Assembly (NCBI GenBank): GCA_965637545.1
Contig: OZ281498.1
Location: forward strand, 8,432,001-8,496,000
Length of the DNA stretch: 64,000 nucleotides
Reading direction: 5' to 3'
DNA from: Phallusia mammillata
Taxonomy: Eukaryota
The position numbers were made by a program, and so were the translations under genes. Positions 11,160 through 23,700 of the stretch are shown here, in pieces. Within the stretch, counting starts at the first letter, position 1, and each line of letters begins with the position of its first letter. Under the pieces are notes generated by a model. It saw nothing but the letters and a program-made list of their open reading frames with translations, was not told where the DNA came from and did not search any database.

Positions 11160-12391
11160 ATGAATGGGTTCGACCCTGAACTGATGAATGAAGTCATTGG
11201 CGACATCACAACTGTAAGATACAGTTGGGAAATGGTCTTGGAGTTACTTAAAGAGCCCGATTTCAATTTTAAAAGGTTCGTTCAGTTTTTAAAGGCTATT
11301 TGAAATGAACCGTTGGCTTTAATAATTTAGACATGTAACAATTTATATGACTCACTTTTTTAATTCACTGCACCTTTTTCACACCTTTTAAAAGTTATGC
11401 TAAATTAAACCCAAATTTCAAATATTTACCGAAGTCAAATAACGAAAAAAATGTGGCCTATGTAGTGTCAGTCCCGAATCAAGCACGTTGTATTTAAACT
11501 GAAACCCTAACCCGGCCCTTCTTACAACTCTAATTCAAATTCAAAGGTGCATTTTCCACATTACCGTTTTGTTGAGGTTTTGCAAGAATACTATGTTTGC
11601 AAACTCTCGAGAAAAAGATTTCTTTAACCAGTTATAAAAAACGATATACGTGTGTGATTTGAGGTCTGCAGAAGGACATTACAAGTATGCAAAAGACTCG
11701 CATAAAGTCAAACAGGAATGGAACGATTTAAACAGCTACTGTAAACACACTTTCTTTCAATACCCGTACAAAACTAAGGAACTAACGGACCAGGATGGAA
11801 AAACAAGGACTGTAAAATATGTGGACGACGGAGAAACATGTAAGTTTCTTTAGTGGCGATAAGCTAAAACGCAAACCAAAATCATTAGGTCACAAAAATT
11901 AGATTAAGTTTCCTCAGCAGCAATGTAAAACCTTCGCGAACTGATTATACTAAACATCTATGGTGTCATTTTTTAGACTGTGTATTTTAAATTACACAAC
12001 CAATTTGTAATTTGAAAATAGAGTACAAATTACGCAGTTAAACAAGTCCGTTGTCTAAATGTCAAAACTCTAAAACTAATCCGGTGATTGGTTTATAAAC
12101 ACAGGGCCAACAATAACGTTTTGTCGGAATAACTACCCATACTACCTCGAACCAGAAATGTTGCACTACTGCTTATGGACAACCAAGCATTTAAGTGCAG
12201 ATGAATGCAAGACGATAGTGGAAATGTATTTTCCACGAACAAAATACGATGTTATTATCTTTGAGACGCCGAACAGCCTAAAATCTATACCAGACACACA
12301 TCATTTTCAAGTGATAGTGCGACCTCGGCAGACTGGCTTGCTGTACGTGAAAATTGACGGTTTTGAGGAGAAATCTATTTGGACAAGTTGA
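11160..12391 (+). CDS. DUF3605 / GIG1-family HIT-like protein, copy 2 (192 aa, 3 exons)
   Basis: join(11160-11275,11664-11839,12105-12391); same intron positions and phases as copies 1 and 3. Motifs YSWEMV, RSAEGHYKY, RNNYPYYLEPEMLHYCLW, FETPNSLKSIPDTHHFQV. The intron 1 acceptor is a weak GAG. Confidence 0.78.
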
Positions 12392-13407
12392 TGTTTAAAC
12401 CATTACTAGAGCAATTGGTATTTTCAGATTGGTGTTTTATACCCTTTCGCGTAGTTTTGTTGCACATGAGTAGCATTTATACGTAACGATAAAAAAATGT
12501 TTGTAAAACGACCGACTGTTGTATCCTACCAGGTTTTTGCGGCCGGTTGCCATCTTACGGCAGCACATATCCAGAACACAGAACAAAGGCATCATTCAAA
12601 AAACAGGACTCGATAACCCATGTTTTTTGTGCCTATGCTGGTTTGCGTTACCGTTGACACAAAATGCAAATTAAATATAATTTGACATGAAAAAAATCTA
12701 AACTTAAAAACAATGGAAAAGGTATTGTTCAGCCAACGGTAAACGTGGGAATATTGTGTCCAGCCAATATGGCCATATTTTTAAACTAGCAAAATTAGGG
12801 TTGAGAAAAGAGAAACAGTGCTGCATCACACAAATTCAAGTCAGCACCAAAATTAAGCCAAAAAGTTTTTTGGGTTTGTTTAGTGAAAGTACAATTGTGA
12901 CGTGATATAATATGCGTATACACCAAGCCGGAAATATCTGTTTGACGTAACATTTCTGTCGGCAAAGCTATTTGAATCAAAACATACACAAAAAGGTTTT
13001 GTGAAATTAAAGAATAACATCATTCAGTTGTTCAATTGAGTTAAGCTTGTACTTTTGTCGTTAAAATGGCAGCTCTGTCATATATTACTAAAATCAATTA
13101 CCAGTTCAGAAATACCTACGTTACAAGATAGTAGTTGGGTTTAAATATAGCTTAGAACATTTGTAGCTATCGACCTAACTTAACAATTCTTTCACCAATA
13201 TGTGGTCCTGCAATGGACCACGTAGGCATTTTAAGTGGACCGCAGAGTTATGCTATTTGGACATGTAATCATCTGCTACAGGAAAAATATGTTTTCTACA
13301 TGAGGCTATATATAAGAGACATATGGTAGAAACATTTTTAACGACTGGGCGTTTGTTACTTATTGACCGTTGAACCCGATCGGATTTACTATCGAAAAAA
13401 ATCAAGA

Positions 13408-14826
13408 ATGAATGGTTTTGACCCTGAAGTAATGAAAGAAGTTTTTGGCGAACTTACAACAGTGAAATACACTTGGGAAATGGTTTTGGATTTACTTAAG
13501 GAACCCGATTTCCATTTTAAAAGGTTTGTTAAAACAAAGATTTGAACTTCAGTGTATGTAACATTCAAAAGCACTGCCATATTGTAGTTACATTGACTTA
13601 AAGTGCCTTCCCTGATTAGTAGTTTCTAGTAATCTTATTATTTATAATTTCCTAAAGCATAAATTGCCTTCTCTAAACTGGTAGCTAGGCTAGTTTCTAG
13701 TAGCCTATTAGTTGTAGTGCTTTAAAGTGCCTTCCCAAAAATTAGTAGTTACAAGTATTATTTGTACTGCTTAATAGTGCCTTTCCAAAATTCGCCTTTC
13801 GGTCGAAATTGAGAAAAATGACCTTTATTGGTAAGATCCTGCTAGAAGAGATTGACCTTGTACAAGTAATATATTACTCCTTCATAGGTCTGCTGAAGGG
13901 CATTATAAATACGCAAAGGCTACACCGAATGCAAAGCAGGAATGGAAAGACTTGGACAGTTACTGCAAACACACTTTTCTTCAATGCGCGTACAAAACCA
14001 AGCAGCTAACGGATTCAGATGGGAAAACTAGAACAGTAAAATATGTGGATTGCGAAGACGAAGGTACAAGCTTCTAAACTGTTTCCGGTAGTTTGTTTTA
14101 TGAAGGCGGAATTAGCAATACCTATCCATCAAAAGTTTGGAGTCAAACAACTAATAATAGAAAAACATGAGGCAGTACATACAATATGAAATGTGGTTCA
14201 CCTTTATAACAGTAATTAAATGTGTTATATCGTAGGCTATAGCAGAAACAATTTACCAGTTTGGCCAGGTCAAAGCCACAATTGCTGAAAGACCGCTAAC
14301 GTAAAGCGCGATTTTAGAAATAGCCCCAATACTAGCCAAATGTTGCCGCAAATTAAATTGCCTATAAAATCGAAAATAAAGACAGTATTTTGACAACCCA
14401 TTTCAAAAAGCGCAACCCGCAACTCCACCTGAAAACGAAGCACAATTAGGCTACAAAACCGCCACCTTAGCAACAACCACAAACCATTCATTAGGCCAAC
14501 CGAACAAATCTAATGTATAACTTACAGACACAGGGCCAACGTTGACGTTTTGTCGGAACAACTACCCATACAATCTTGAACCAGAAATGCTCCACTACTG
14601 CATATGGACTACGAAGCGTTTAATTGCGGACGAATGCAAAGCGTTAGTGGAAATGTTTTTTCCACGCACGAAATACGACATAGTCATTTTTGAGAATCCA
14701 CACAAACTCCAATCGTTCCCTGATATTCACCACATCCAGGTCATAGCGCGACCAAAGAAAAGTGGTTTGCTGTACGTTAAGATCGACGGTTTTGAAGAGA
14801 AATCAGTAAGGACAAAGTATTGTTAA
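13408..14826 (+). CDS. DUF3605 / GIG1-family HIT-like protein, copy 3 (194 aa, 3 exons)
   Basis: join(13408-13523,13888-14063,14534-14826); canonical splice sites; the first two exons are the same length as in copy 2 (116 and 176 nt). Motifs RNNYPYNLEPEMLHYCIW, FENPHKLQSFPDIHHIQV. Confidence 0.85.
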
Positions 14827-17701
14827 ACGAAATTGTGTTTCAGTGCTTTGTAGTTGCATACTAAATAATTACATTTGTTACAAAAGTATTGCTTTTGTTG
14901 CCGAACTATAATTTTGAAATCATTAGAAAGCTTTCATACTTTTTCTCACGTTTAACTCTTCATTAGGGAGTAAAAAAATAGTTTTTACGCTATTCCATTA
15001 GAACACTTCCAACAAAAAAATACCTAATTCCAACAGCACACAATCTGTTATCACCTTCACATCGATGTATTTAATTTTGCGCAAAAAAACTAAGTTTTCG
15101 GAACAATACACTGTGGTTGTTTCATTACCTTTCTTTTGATGTTGTCCACATTTTTTAGATCTAGCAGCGTGACAAGCCACTCTCATTTTCAGCTAGTTGT
15201 GACACAAAATTGTTCTAAGAATCTAAGGCAATAAGTACAGTCCTTTTCTACAGCGTGTCGGAATATATCATTTTAGCAAAATTCGTGGTATATTTTTTGC
15301 TCTATGTGCCAATAGTTGAAAAGCAATGCAAAAGATTAAACGGTCCGTCATAAAACAAACTTTCCAAAGCCCTGACCTGTGTTAACAGGTCAAATTATCA
15401 AAAACCGCAAATACGAATTTAATTCAAAACAAGCCGACTTTACTGCTTGCAAAGACGGATGTTTGTAAAATAGCAAACAAATTGCCTATATAACAAACCG
15501 CCAAAATACGCAACCGCAATGAAAACTCGATGTCAAAAACTAGCCTAGTTGGGAGGGAAAACCGCCACCCTAGATTCAAAGTACTTTCTGATCTTCAAAT
15601 CAACAAACGACGACATTTCAAGCGATTGTATCGCTGAATTTACCCGTGTAAATGTATTTCACCCAATGCATTATTTCCTGAATGGGGCAGACGACAGACA
15701 CTAGTATAAAAGTGTTACAACACAAACCGGCCAATCACAGTCCGTCACGTAAGCAAAGGCAAACGGATGACGAATGAGAGGGACAATAGTAATTTACGAA
15801 ATCAAAAAAAAACGTGTGAATTCGCCAAAACTTACAAAGCAAGGCACAGCAAATGTAGTACAAATATTTGAGTGGGCCTTCTATAAAGGGTATTTCACGT
15901 TACAGCAAATATAGGAGGCCATTAGCCCCCCAATGCACAAAGAAATCTTCACAGGAAGGGATTTTTTCTTAACGTTCGCTTTTTTTATTGTACTGGCAAA
16001 TTAGGGAGGTATTTTTGGAAAAAAAGCGTAAGTTTTGCCCCAACATATAGTTTTCTAACCCAATAAACTGAATTTTGTTTTCTACTATAGAGTGCAGTGT
16101 ATTGATAAGCAAAAATATGTAAACAAACAATCTATAAAGTATTCGGATTCTACTCAAAGAACAACGAAACTTTTGCACAAAAAAGTATGTTTAGAACAAA
16201 ATGTACAACTTTTGTGAATTGTAATCTCTCTTAACTAGTTGGTTATAGTAGAGTTGCCTGTTTCCAAAAGGCGATGTATTTTCAGAAAGAAAAGAAATAT
16301 AAATACTTTAGACTTGGGAATTGTTTGTTTTTTCGCAATTTATCACACTTTTTCGCCATGAGTTTTTGTAATTGGGTAAACTGTGTAATTCACACAAATC
16401 GCCATTTGAAAACAGGCAGAAGCTATACACCTGACGTGTACATGTTACTACTAACAGTGGGTGAAGAATAATATTGCACCATGTGAAAATCATGAGTCAT
16501 GCTAGCTGTTAGTTAAAGCAGATGAACTTATGACACACCAAAAATGTAAAGACCAAACAAATGGATAGAAAGCGTTGAGTTATCCAGAAAAAAATGTATG
16601 AGGCTTTGTCTTGGACTGTTACGTATTTGTATCCCGTAATTTTTCCTGTAAATTTTATAGTAACATAGCAGTATGCTTTCTAATTAGTTAGGCAAACTTA
16701 GTTTTGCAACTTTGTGACATACCTTGAATTTTATCATATCATACAACGACATCTTAGCTTTTAATTGGCCTACAAAAAGAATAGTTTTACCTTGTTATCA
16801 AAAACACATGGGTTAAAACACCATAATGTAGTCGTATATACCTATTGGTCCACCCAAGCAACATTAGTAGAACGTGGTTGTGTATGCTGAGTACGCTTGT
16901 GAAGTTGTATAGTTGCAATATTTAGTTACACAACAAAAAGTTTGGTTGGAATTTTGTAGAGCACAAAAAATGCTGACAAGGCAAAAATACTAAGGACTTA
17001 TATAACGGCCAGTGCAATACAGAAAGTATAGCCTACTAATAGTATTTTGAAAATAACACAATTGCTTGGTATTTTTATAGGTTGAAATGACCAAGTTGGC
17101 TAAAAATGTTGCAATGCCAACGCTTTGCTTATTTTAGTAATTTCCGGCCAAATTGTTGAGTAGAAGATTGACTGAAATGGTAACCTTTCTTCAGAAGGTC
17201 TGGATAATGTAAACGGTCATGATCCCAACAGAGTTGACTGATTGTCAAATTCTTTAACACTTTTTTATCCAGCAACATGATTCCGTGTTTGTTTTTTTGT
17301 CTTGCATACGACATTTTCCATTTCAAAATTCTTCCAAATTCGCAAATTTTGGGTTCCAAGGATATTTTGACCACAGCTCAGTGCGATACACCACTGGACC
17401 GGGTCTACCAATACCAACATACCTTATAATTGGCCAGCTTTTCGTATTACTATATGTGACTAATCAATTCCAAGACCATATCTTCTTGGCAGTGCTTTTG
17501 GAATTTAAAACTGCTACGGCCAAAGAAAGAAAGAAAAAAATCTATACACCAGATACTGAAGAACAAAAAAATGCGATCTCAAGAATTAGGGGCTTTCCCG
17601 CCGCTCGCTGATGACGTCAATCGGGGAACTTGGGCTAAAGTTGAAGAACACGACTTGCGGCGGATGAGAGGAGCGACGTAGGTCGGATGAGAGGATGGAA
17701 C

Positions 17702-20700
17702 TTATAAAGGCGACTCGAGCACTTCACGGGATGAATCACCAGAAGTTGTGTCAACAGCAATAAGACGAGCTGGTTTGTATGACAGGAGGGTGAGACCGAA
17801 GAACAGAATACTTGCGCCCTGTTAGGTGAAAAAATTTAACAGGTTAATTTTAATTTTGCAAATATTTTTTTCCACGCAGACACTTTGTGTTTTGTTTTGA
17901 AGAATATAGATGTCAACAAAAAGTCGTTTGAAAAATAGATTCTATTTGAATAAGGTAAAATCTAAAGTCCGCAAATACTTACGGTAGACAAATTGTTTTT
18001 TAAGAATTCATTCTGATAAAGAGTATTTGTCTTTATCCTTATTCAAATGAATCTTTTTTTCAAATACGTTTTTAGCACCCATATTTATGCTAGTCCAAGC
18101 ACAGCACGCAAACTCTGAATGGAAATAAGTGATAATTGATAAAAAATCTTCAGCACTTTTGTTAAGAGAATTTTTGTAAAATCGTATACAAAGACAATTT
18201 TGCAATATCTTTATTCAAATAGAATCTATATATCTGCACCGTTGATTTTTCTAAATGCGAAATTGATAAACTCGGAGTGCTTGCGTTAACAAATATTAGC
18301 GTGATGAACCTTAAGGCAAAAAATACAATTTAGATGATACCTTACTTTATGTACACAAAAAAAACAGAAAAAACTGCGGCCAATACCTTGTATATTACTG
18401 ATAGTATCAGTAGGCTGAAAGAGAGCTCTTGGTTTTTGTAAACCATGCAGGAGCCATGTCCTTTAGAGCAAAGCTCGTTCTGACTCCAGATCTGACACGT
18501 GCTGTCAATCATCGCTCCAAAGATGATCGGACCGGGGATTGTCCCCAATGTGCGAATCAGGATCCACTGAATTCCGACCGATAGTGAACGCAAGTGCTGG
18601 GGGAAGCACCTGAAGGGGAAAGTCCAAAAAGTTATTGATTGATAAAAGGGTGAAACTAAATATTTTGTGTATGGAGCTTTAGTTATGCATTGTGATCAAC
18701 GAATTTCAAGTGCTAAAGATCATTTGCACAACCCTACTTAAATCATCTAAATGTCTCAATTTCTTTTTATGTTGATTTTTTTTCTAAAATAGGTCCTAAT
18801 ATTTAGGAAAAAAATTAACATAAAAGTAAATAATCGACTATTAAACACATGTTACACTAAAACAGAAAGATTAGCAGTATAAAACTTATTATGAAAGAGG
18901 TCAATTAATGAAAAGAGTTGTTTTAAAAGCATAAATTGTCTGTGCGTTTTTGTAGTTCACAGAAAAAAAACATGTATGGCGGGTACTAAGAATCACAACC
19001 ACGAGCAGATGCTATCAGAATGGGCCTCTTTGTCTACGTTATAGCGACCGCAACACAGACATTTGGCGCCGGCATACAACAACAATAACTAATATGGCGT
19101 TTCCAGGAAGAAAAAAAATCCAGCCACACACAAACAGCAAAAACCCTAAATCCACCAAATTTAAATTAACAGCAAGAAATTTTGTTCGGCTTTAAAACTA
19201 TTGTAGGTTATTTTTTAAGTGTTTCGTGACAATAATAATTCCTATTTGCGCATTGGGAGTAAGACCGTAGGAGGAAAAACTCTGAAATTGCAAAAAAAAA
19301 TCCCGCTCGTAATTGTTATTAACATCCAATATACAATTTAAGTACACTATTCACGCTTTTGAATAATCTGAGCAAAAAATCAGAGCCAGTATTTGTGTAT
19401 AATAGCACTTGTCGAAACGTAGTTATGTTTTATACACAAATTCTGGTTCTGATTTTTTTGCTCAAGTACACAATATTTGTTACATAGTAGTGCCTGATGA
19501 CTTCGTGAAATACTCATAAAAAAATCATCTGCAACTTCATATCAACACCATAATTTGCATTGGTAACTTGAAACATATCGAAATCAGCAAAAACAATAAA
19601 CAACACAACTAAATGCCAGTATTGGCTTTAACCTGTAATTTTTGCCGTAATTTTATCGTTTCAAAAATCAAAAATTTTAATCAGTGATCCTCATTTTTAA
19701 GCCTGCTGGCGACGAGTTTTTACAATTTTAATACAGAAGTGTTTACATTAACGAAGTAGGTTGCTATAGTTTTAGATTTAGCTGTTCACCTGAGGCTAAG
19801 GTCCACACCAGGCACGGCACACATGAATGTCGTTGATATGACGAGAAATAAACCGACCAAAATCACGTTATGCCACCAGCATGGCTTGAAGCATTTTCCC
19901 CTCACGGCAGTGCCGTCAAAAATCGACACTAAAAATAAATTGAAAATGCAGGGTTAGAAATGAGAATACAATTTAAAAGTTATCACAGAGTTAGAAATGA
20001 GTACGTTTAAGTAAATTTAGCTTGGAAAAAATGCAATATTAAAATTACAAACATGAAAATGAACAGTCCAAAAATGTTAAAACTCAGTCTCCAATATTAA
20101 TATTATTGCACATTTTGTTTTATTATTGAATGTTTTTTTGCAGTGCCAAGTCGTCTCATATAACTTTAATGAGCTGAACGCTTCGAATTGATATTTTCCG
20201 GACACCGAAAACCCATTCAACCTTTCATTACATTACCAACAAAATCACGTGACTGTATAGACGCACCTGATTGGTTGGTTGAGCTCTCGGGGGCAGCTGC
20301 CATGCTGGGAATGCATGAACAATTCGTAAACGTCTGAAAAATGAGACGCTTTACGTAAATAATTCAATGAGGGGAAAATTTAACTGGAGCAAAAAAAATC
20401 TTTTTGTACAGCGCCAATAGGAAACAAAACGACAAAATGCAATTACATGTCTCGTGAATATTTAATACCTGCCCTGTGTACAGCCAACCAACAGAGTATT
20501 TATAGTATTAAAGTGATAGCAGAACTAAGCGGATTTCGTTAAAATTTAAGGGAAGGAATTTACTTTATTTTTTACATGTGGTTGTAAATACAAGCTTTAG
20601 CTCCGGGAAAAGAACCTGTAAAGTTGATAAAAGGCCCAATTTTAAATCATCTTTGCATGGTAACTTAGCATGTACTATGTAGTATTTTAGTGGAATGAAA

Positions 20701-23700
20701 AATGTTTTGAGGTGTTAAGGGAGGAATGCGTCGATAAAGGTTGAGGACCACTGCTTTAGGCATTAACAGTACACTACAGCAATTTGTTGTGCACATTACA
20801 GGAGCGAAACTAGTTGGGTGCAAACTTTATGGAAACGTAGGATAACTTACCTCTTTTCCGCTCTGCTCTGTCGCTAGGCAACCGGCGAGACAGGCCGAGT
20901 AGTAGGTGACGCCGTCGGAACCGCAGACCGGGTCAAACGCTTGCGACACACATCCACACGCGGCGTTGCACGGGTGAGACTTGTCAAATGGACTATCGTC
21001 AGGCACTGAAGGCCTACAATGAAAATATGGTGTAAAAATTAAGAAAATGGGTTTACGGCGAAAACGGCAACAACCTGATTTATAGGTCACCGCTGCATAT
21101 AAACTGTTAATATTTTGCGGAACTGGGTGCTTGTTTGTAAAAGTATAATCTTTTAGACGTTAGAGTGTCGTTATATGAGTACACTAGCCAATACAGCATA
21201 TCTCTCGTCACCGGCTTCACTGATGAGATGAGACCTTATAAGTCGAAACAGTGTGCACAATCTGCAGCTTTTTTTTACCTCTACCAATATGTCGCTATTA
21301 GTACAAAACATCAATTAGTGTTGGAGTCCAGAGTCGAAAACCTTATGTTTAACTATGTTAAGGTCTAAGGACACCATTCCGTGTTGAAAGTTCACGTTTT
21401 TTCTTTTAGGCTACTCATTTTTTTATCATTTAAACCGGAATAACGACCTTCAAAAGTCGTAATTTCAGGATACAGAGTTTGACTCATATTAATAGCGTGA
21501 ATCGGAGCTGGGCCTTATACCTTACCAGGCGATTTAATATGGAATAATATCGAATTCCCGCAAAAAAGTCTACTCAAATCGCTTCAATTTTCCTATGGAA
21601 GGGTCACTCGTCCACTGCCGTACGTTATTAAGAACTAAAATAGCGTTTCTCTTGCATATTTCTTTTTTATATATTTTATATCCTATTTACCGAATTATTA
21701 TACACACCATTTGTCCTACTAACATGATTGTATTTGCAAGCACACACACATGGGTCCCTACACACGTGTTTATGCGAGGTGGTTACGGTAATGTGGAGTA
21801 GAGTAATAAATACTTACAGCTGGGACTTGTAAGGCACGTTAACCCCAGCCAGTGGGATATCATCACAGTGTAGAGTGAGAGCAAACTGAGCGAAGAGTCC
21901 GAGTAAACTCACACAGAAGCACATCCTGAGTGAGTTTCGGTAACTCAGCTTAAGTCCACTCATCAGTACTGAGCCCATCAACATGCCCCCTGCACCAGCC
22001 GGTATACAAACGTAACCTGTGTGCAAGGTTGAAGGGTTATATATTGCATTGCGTATAAAAAAAATGGTAGTTAATATTACATACTTGCACTTTCAACTTT
22101 AAATTAGAATCGCTTAGCTAAAAAACAGTAAGTCATTTGTCCTTAGGATTATGAAATACAAGACACATGCAGGAACTAAGGCCCACATATTTCTTTGTAC
22201 AAAGGATATGAATTCCAGGGTCATGTTGAATTTGTACATACTTAGAACAGTTTACAAAGTTTGTGATCTGTTCGTTTTGTATAAAAGTTTTTTAAAGTGG
22301 TATAGTAAGGTATTAATGCTTTTAGGTACCTTATACATTTCGGCTGTTTCATTTTCTTTGAGTAGGATACTGATGACCCCCTTTGTACGAATGACTTAAT
22401 GTTTTCATGAACTTAGTATCACAGAAGACGAGTTTGTAGGCACAAAAATATAACGTGCCCGAATCAGCAGATCATTATATGAGAGTAGTAGTTTATGAGT
22501 CCGATAGCCTTGTTTCGGTTGGAGTCACGGAACAAAATAAAACAATGGTGGCACAGCTCAAATTGCCACTGCACATACACTATGGCCTATTTCAAAACAT
22601 AAATCTATTTCCTACACTTATTTTATTATGGGCCCCATGACAGCCAACGTTTTTATAACCTTAGTTTGTTTCTGCAAGCAATAACTTAAGGATTCCCCGT
22701 GCAAAGTTGTAAATAATGCATTTCACGAGATAACCATGATAAAACAAATAAAAAAATAAACAATTGGGGTCATAAATTTCGATTTTGAACTCCAAGCCAA
22801 AAAAAAATTACCGAACAGGTTGGCAGCGTCTGATGCGGATTTTCCAAACTGAGATTCGATAAACTTTGGTCCGAAAGTTGAGAATCCTGACACTAGAGTT
22901 CCTAGCACGGCTGCAGCAAGACTCAGGTACAGGAAGGCTTTGTTGGTGACTACTTGACATAAATCACTGTAGAAGTAGAAGAGATTTTGTTAAGATTTTT
23001 ATCTGGGAATGAGGCAGGTTACAATAATGGCACTAGAAATTCCATAAATATACGAAATTATGAGATTATTTAAGTTAAACCAACAAACGACTTGTGCCGA
23101 AGAAAAAATGGTTTCTTGAGAACTAATTACGTTTTGGGCCCAAAATTAAGCAGGACAAAACACCACCACTAGTAATACTGCAAAGTATCCGAAATCATAA
23201 AATGATAAGAGGCCAGAAAACACGACTGACTTGTGCCATTTATTTTGACCATTGGCAGTATTTGGAAGTGACCAAAATGATGTAGCACTGTTACCAGGCC
23301 AAAACTAAAGATTTTTAGGCCTCATAAGTTTATTCTCCTAAGCAGAAGACCAAATATTACAACACCCAAAGACAGTGCACACTGTTTCGACCTATAAGTT
23401 CTCATCAGTGAAGCTGGTAACAAGACATAGGCCGTATCGGTTAGCATAGCAATATAACGACACTCCACTTTGTTGATAGTAACAAGCTAAAACGTCATTC
23501 CTCACCAATTCTGTTCGTGCCTCAACTCGGCATAAACCACAGAGTAATCTGGCTCACAATGGTCAAGCAACTACTTCGAAACCAAAGTGAAGTCGGCTCA
23601 GTGTCATAGTATCAATGTAAAAGCAACAAGCCTATAAATGATAAGCTGCACATAGTGCACACTGTTTCGACCTATTAGGTCTTATCACTGCAGCTAGTGA

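Noticed and set aside
13595-13790. Three loose copies of AAAGTGCCTTCCC...TAGTAGTT in DUF3605 copy 3 intron 1
   Set aside because: Short degenerate local repeat with no evidence of function.
19494-19515. CTGATGA-CTTCGT-GAAA hammerhead-like core
   Set aside because: Stem II cannot close (C/T) and no stem I or III partner was found; probably chance.
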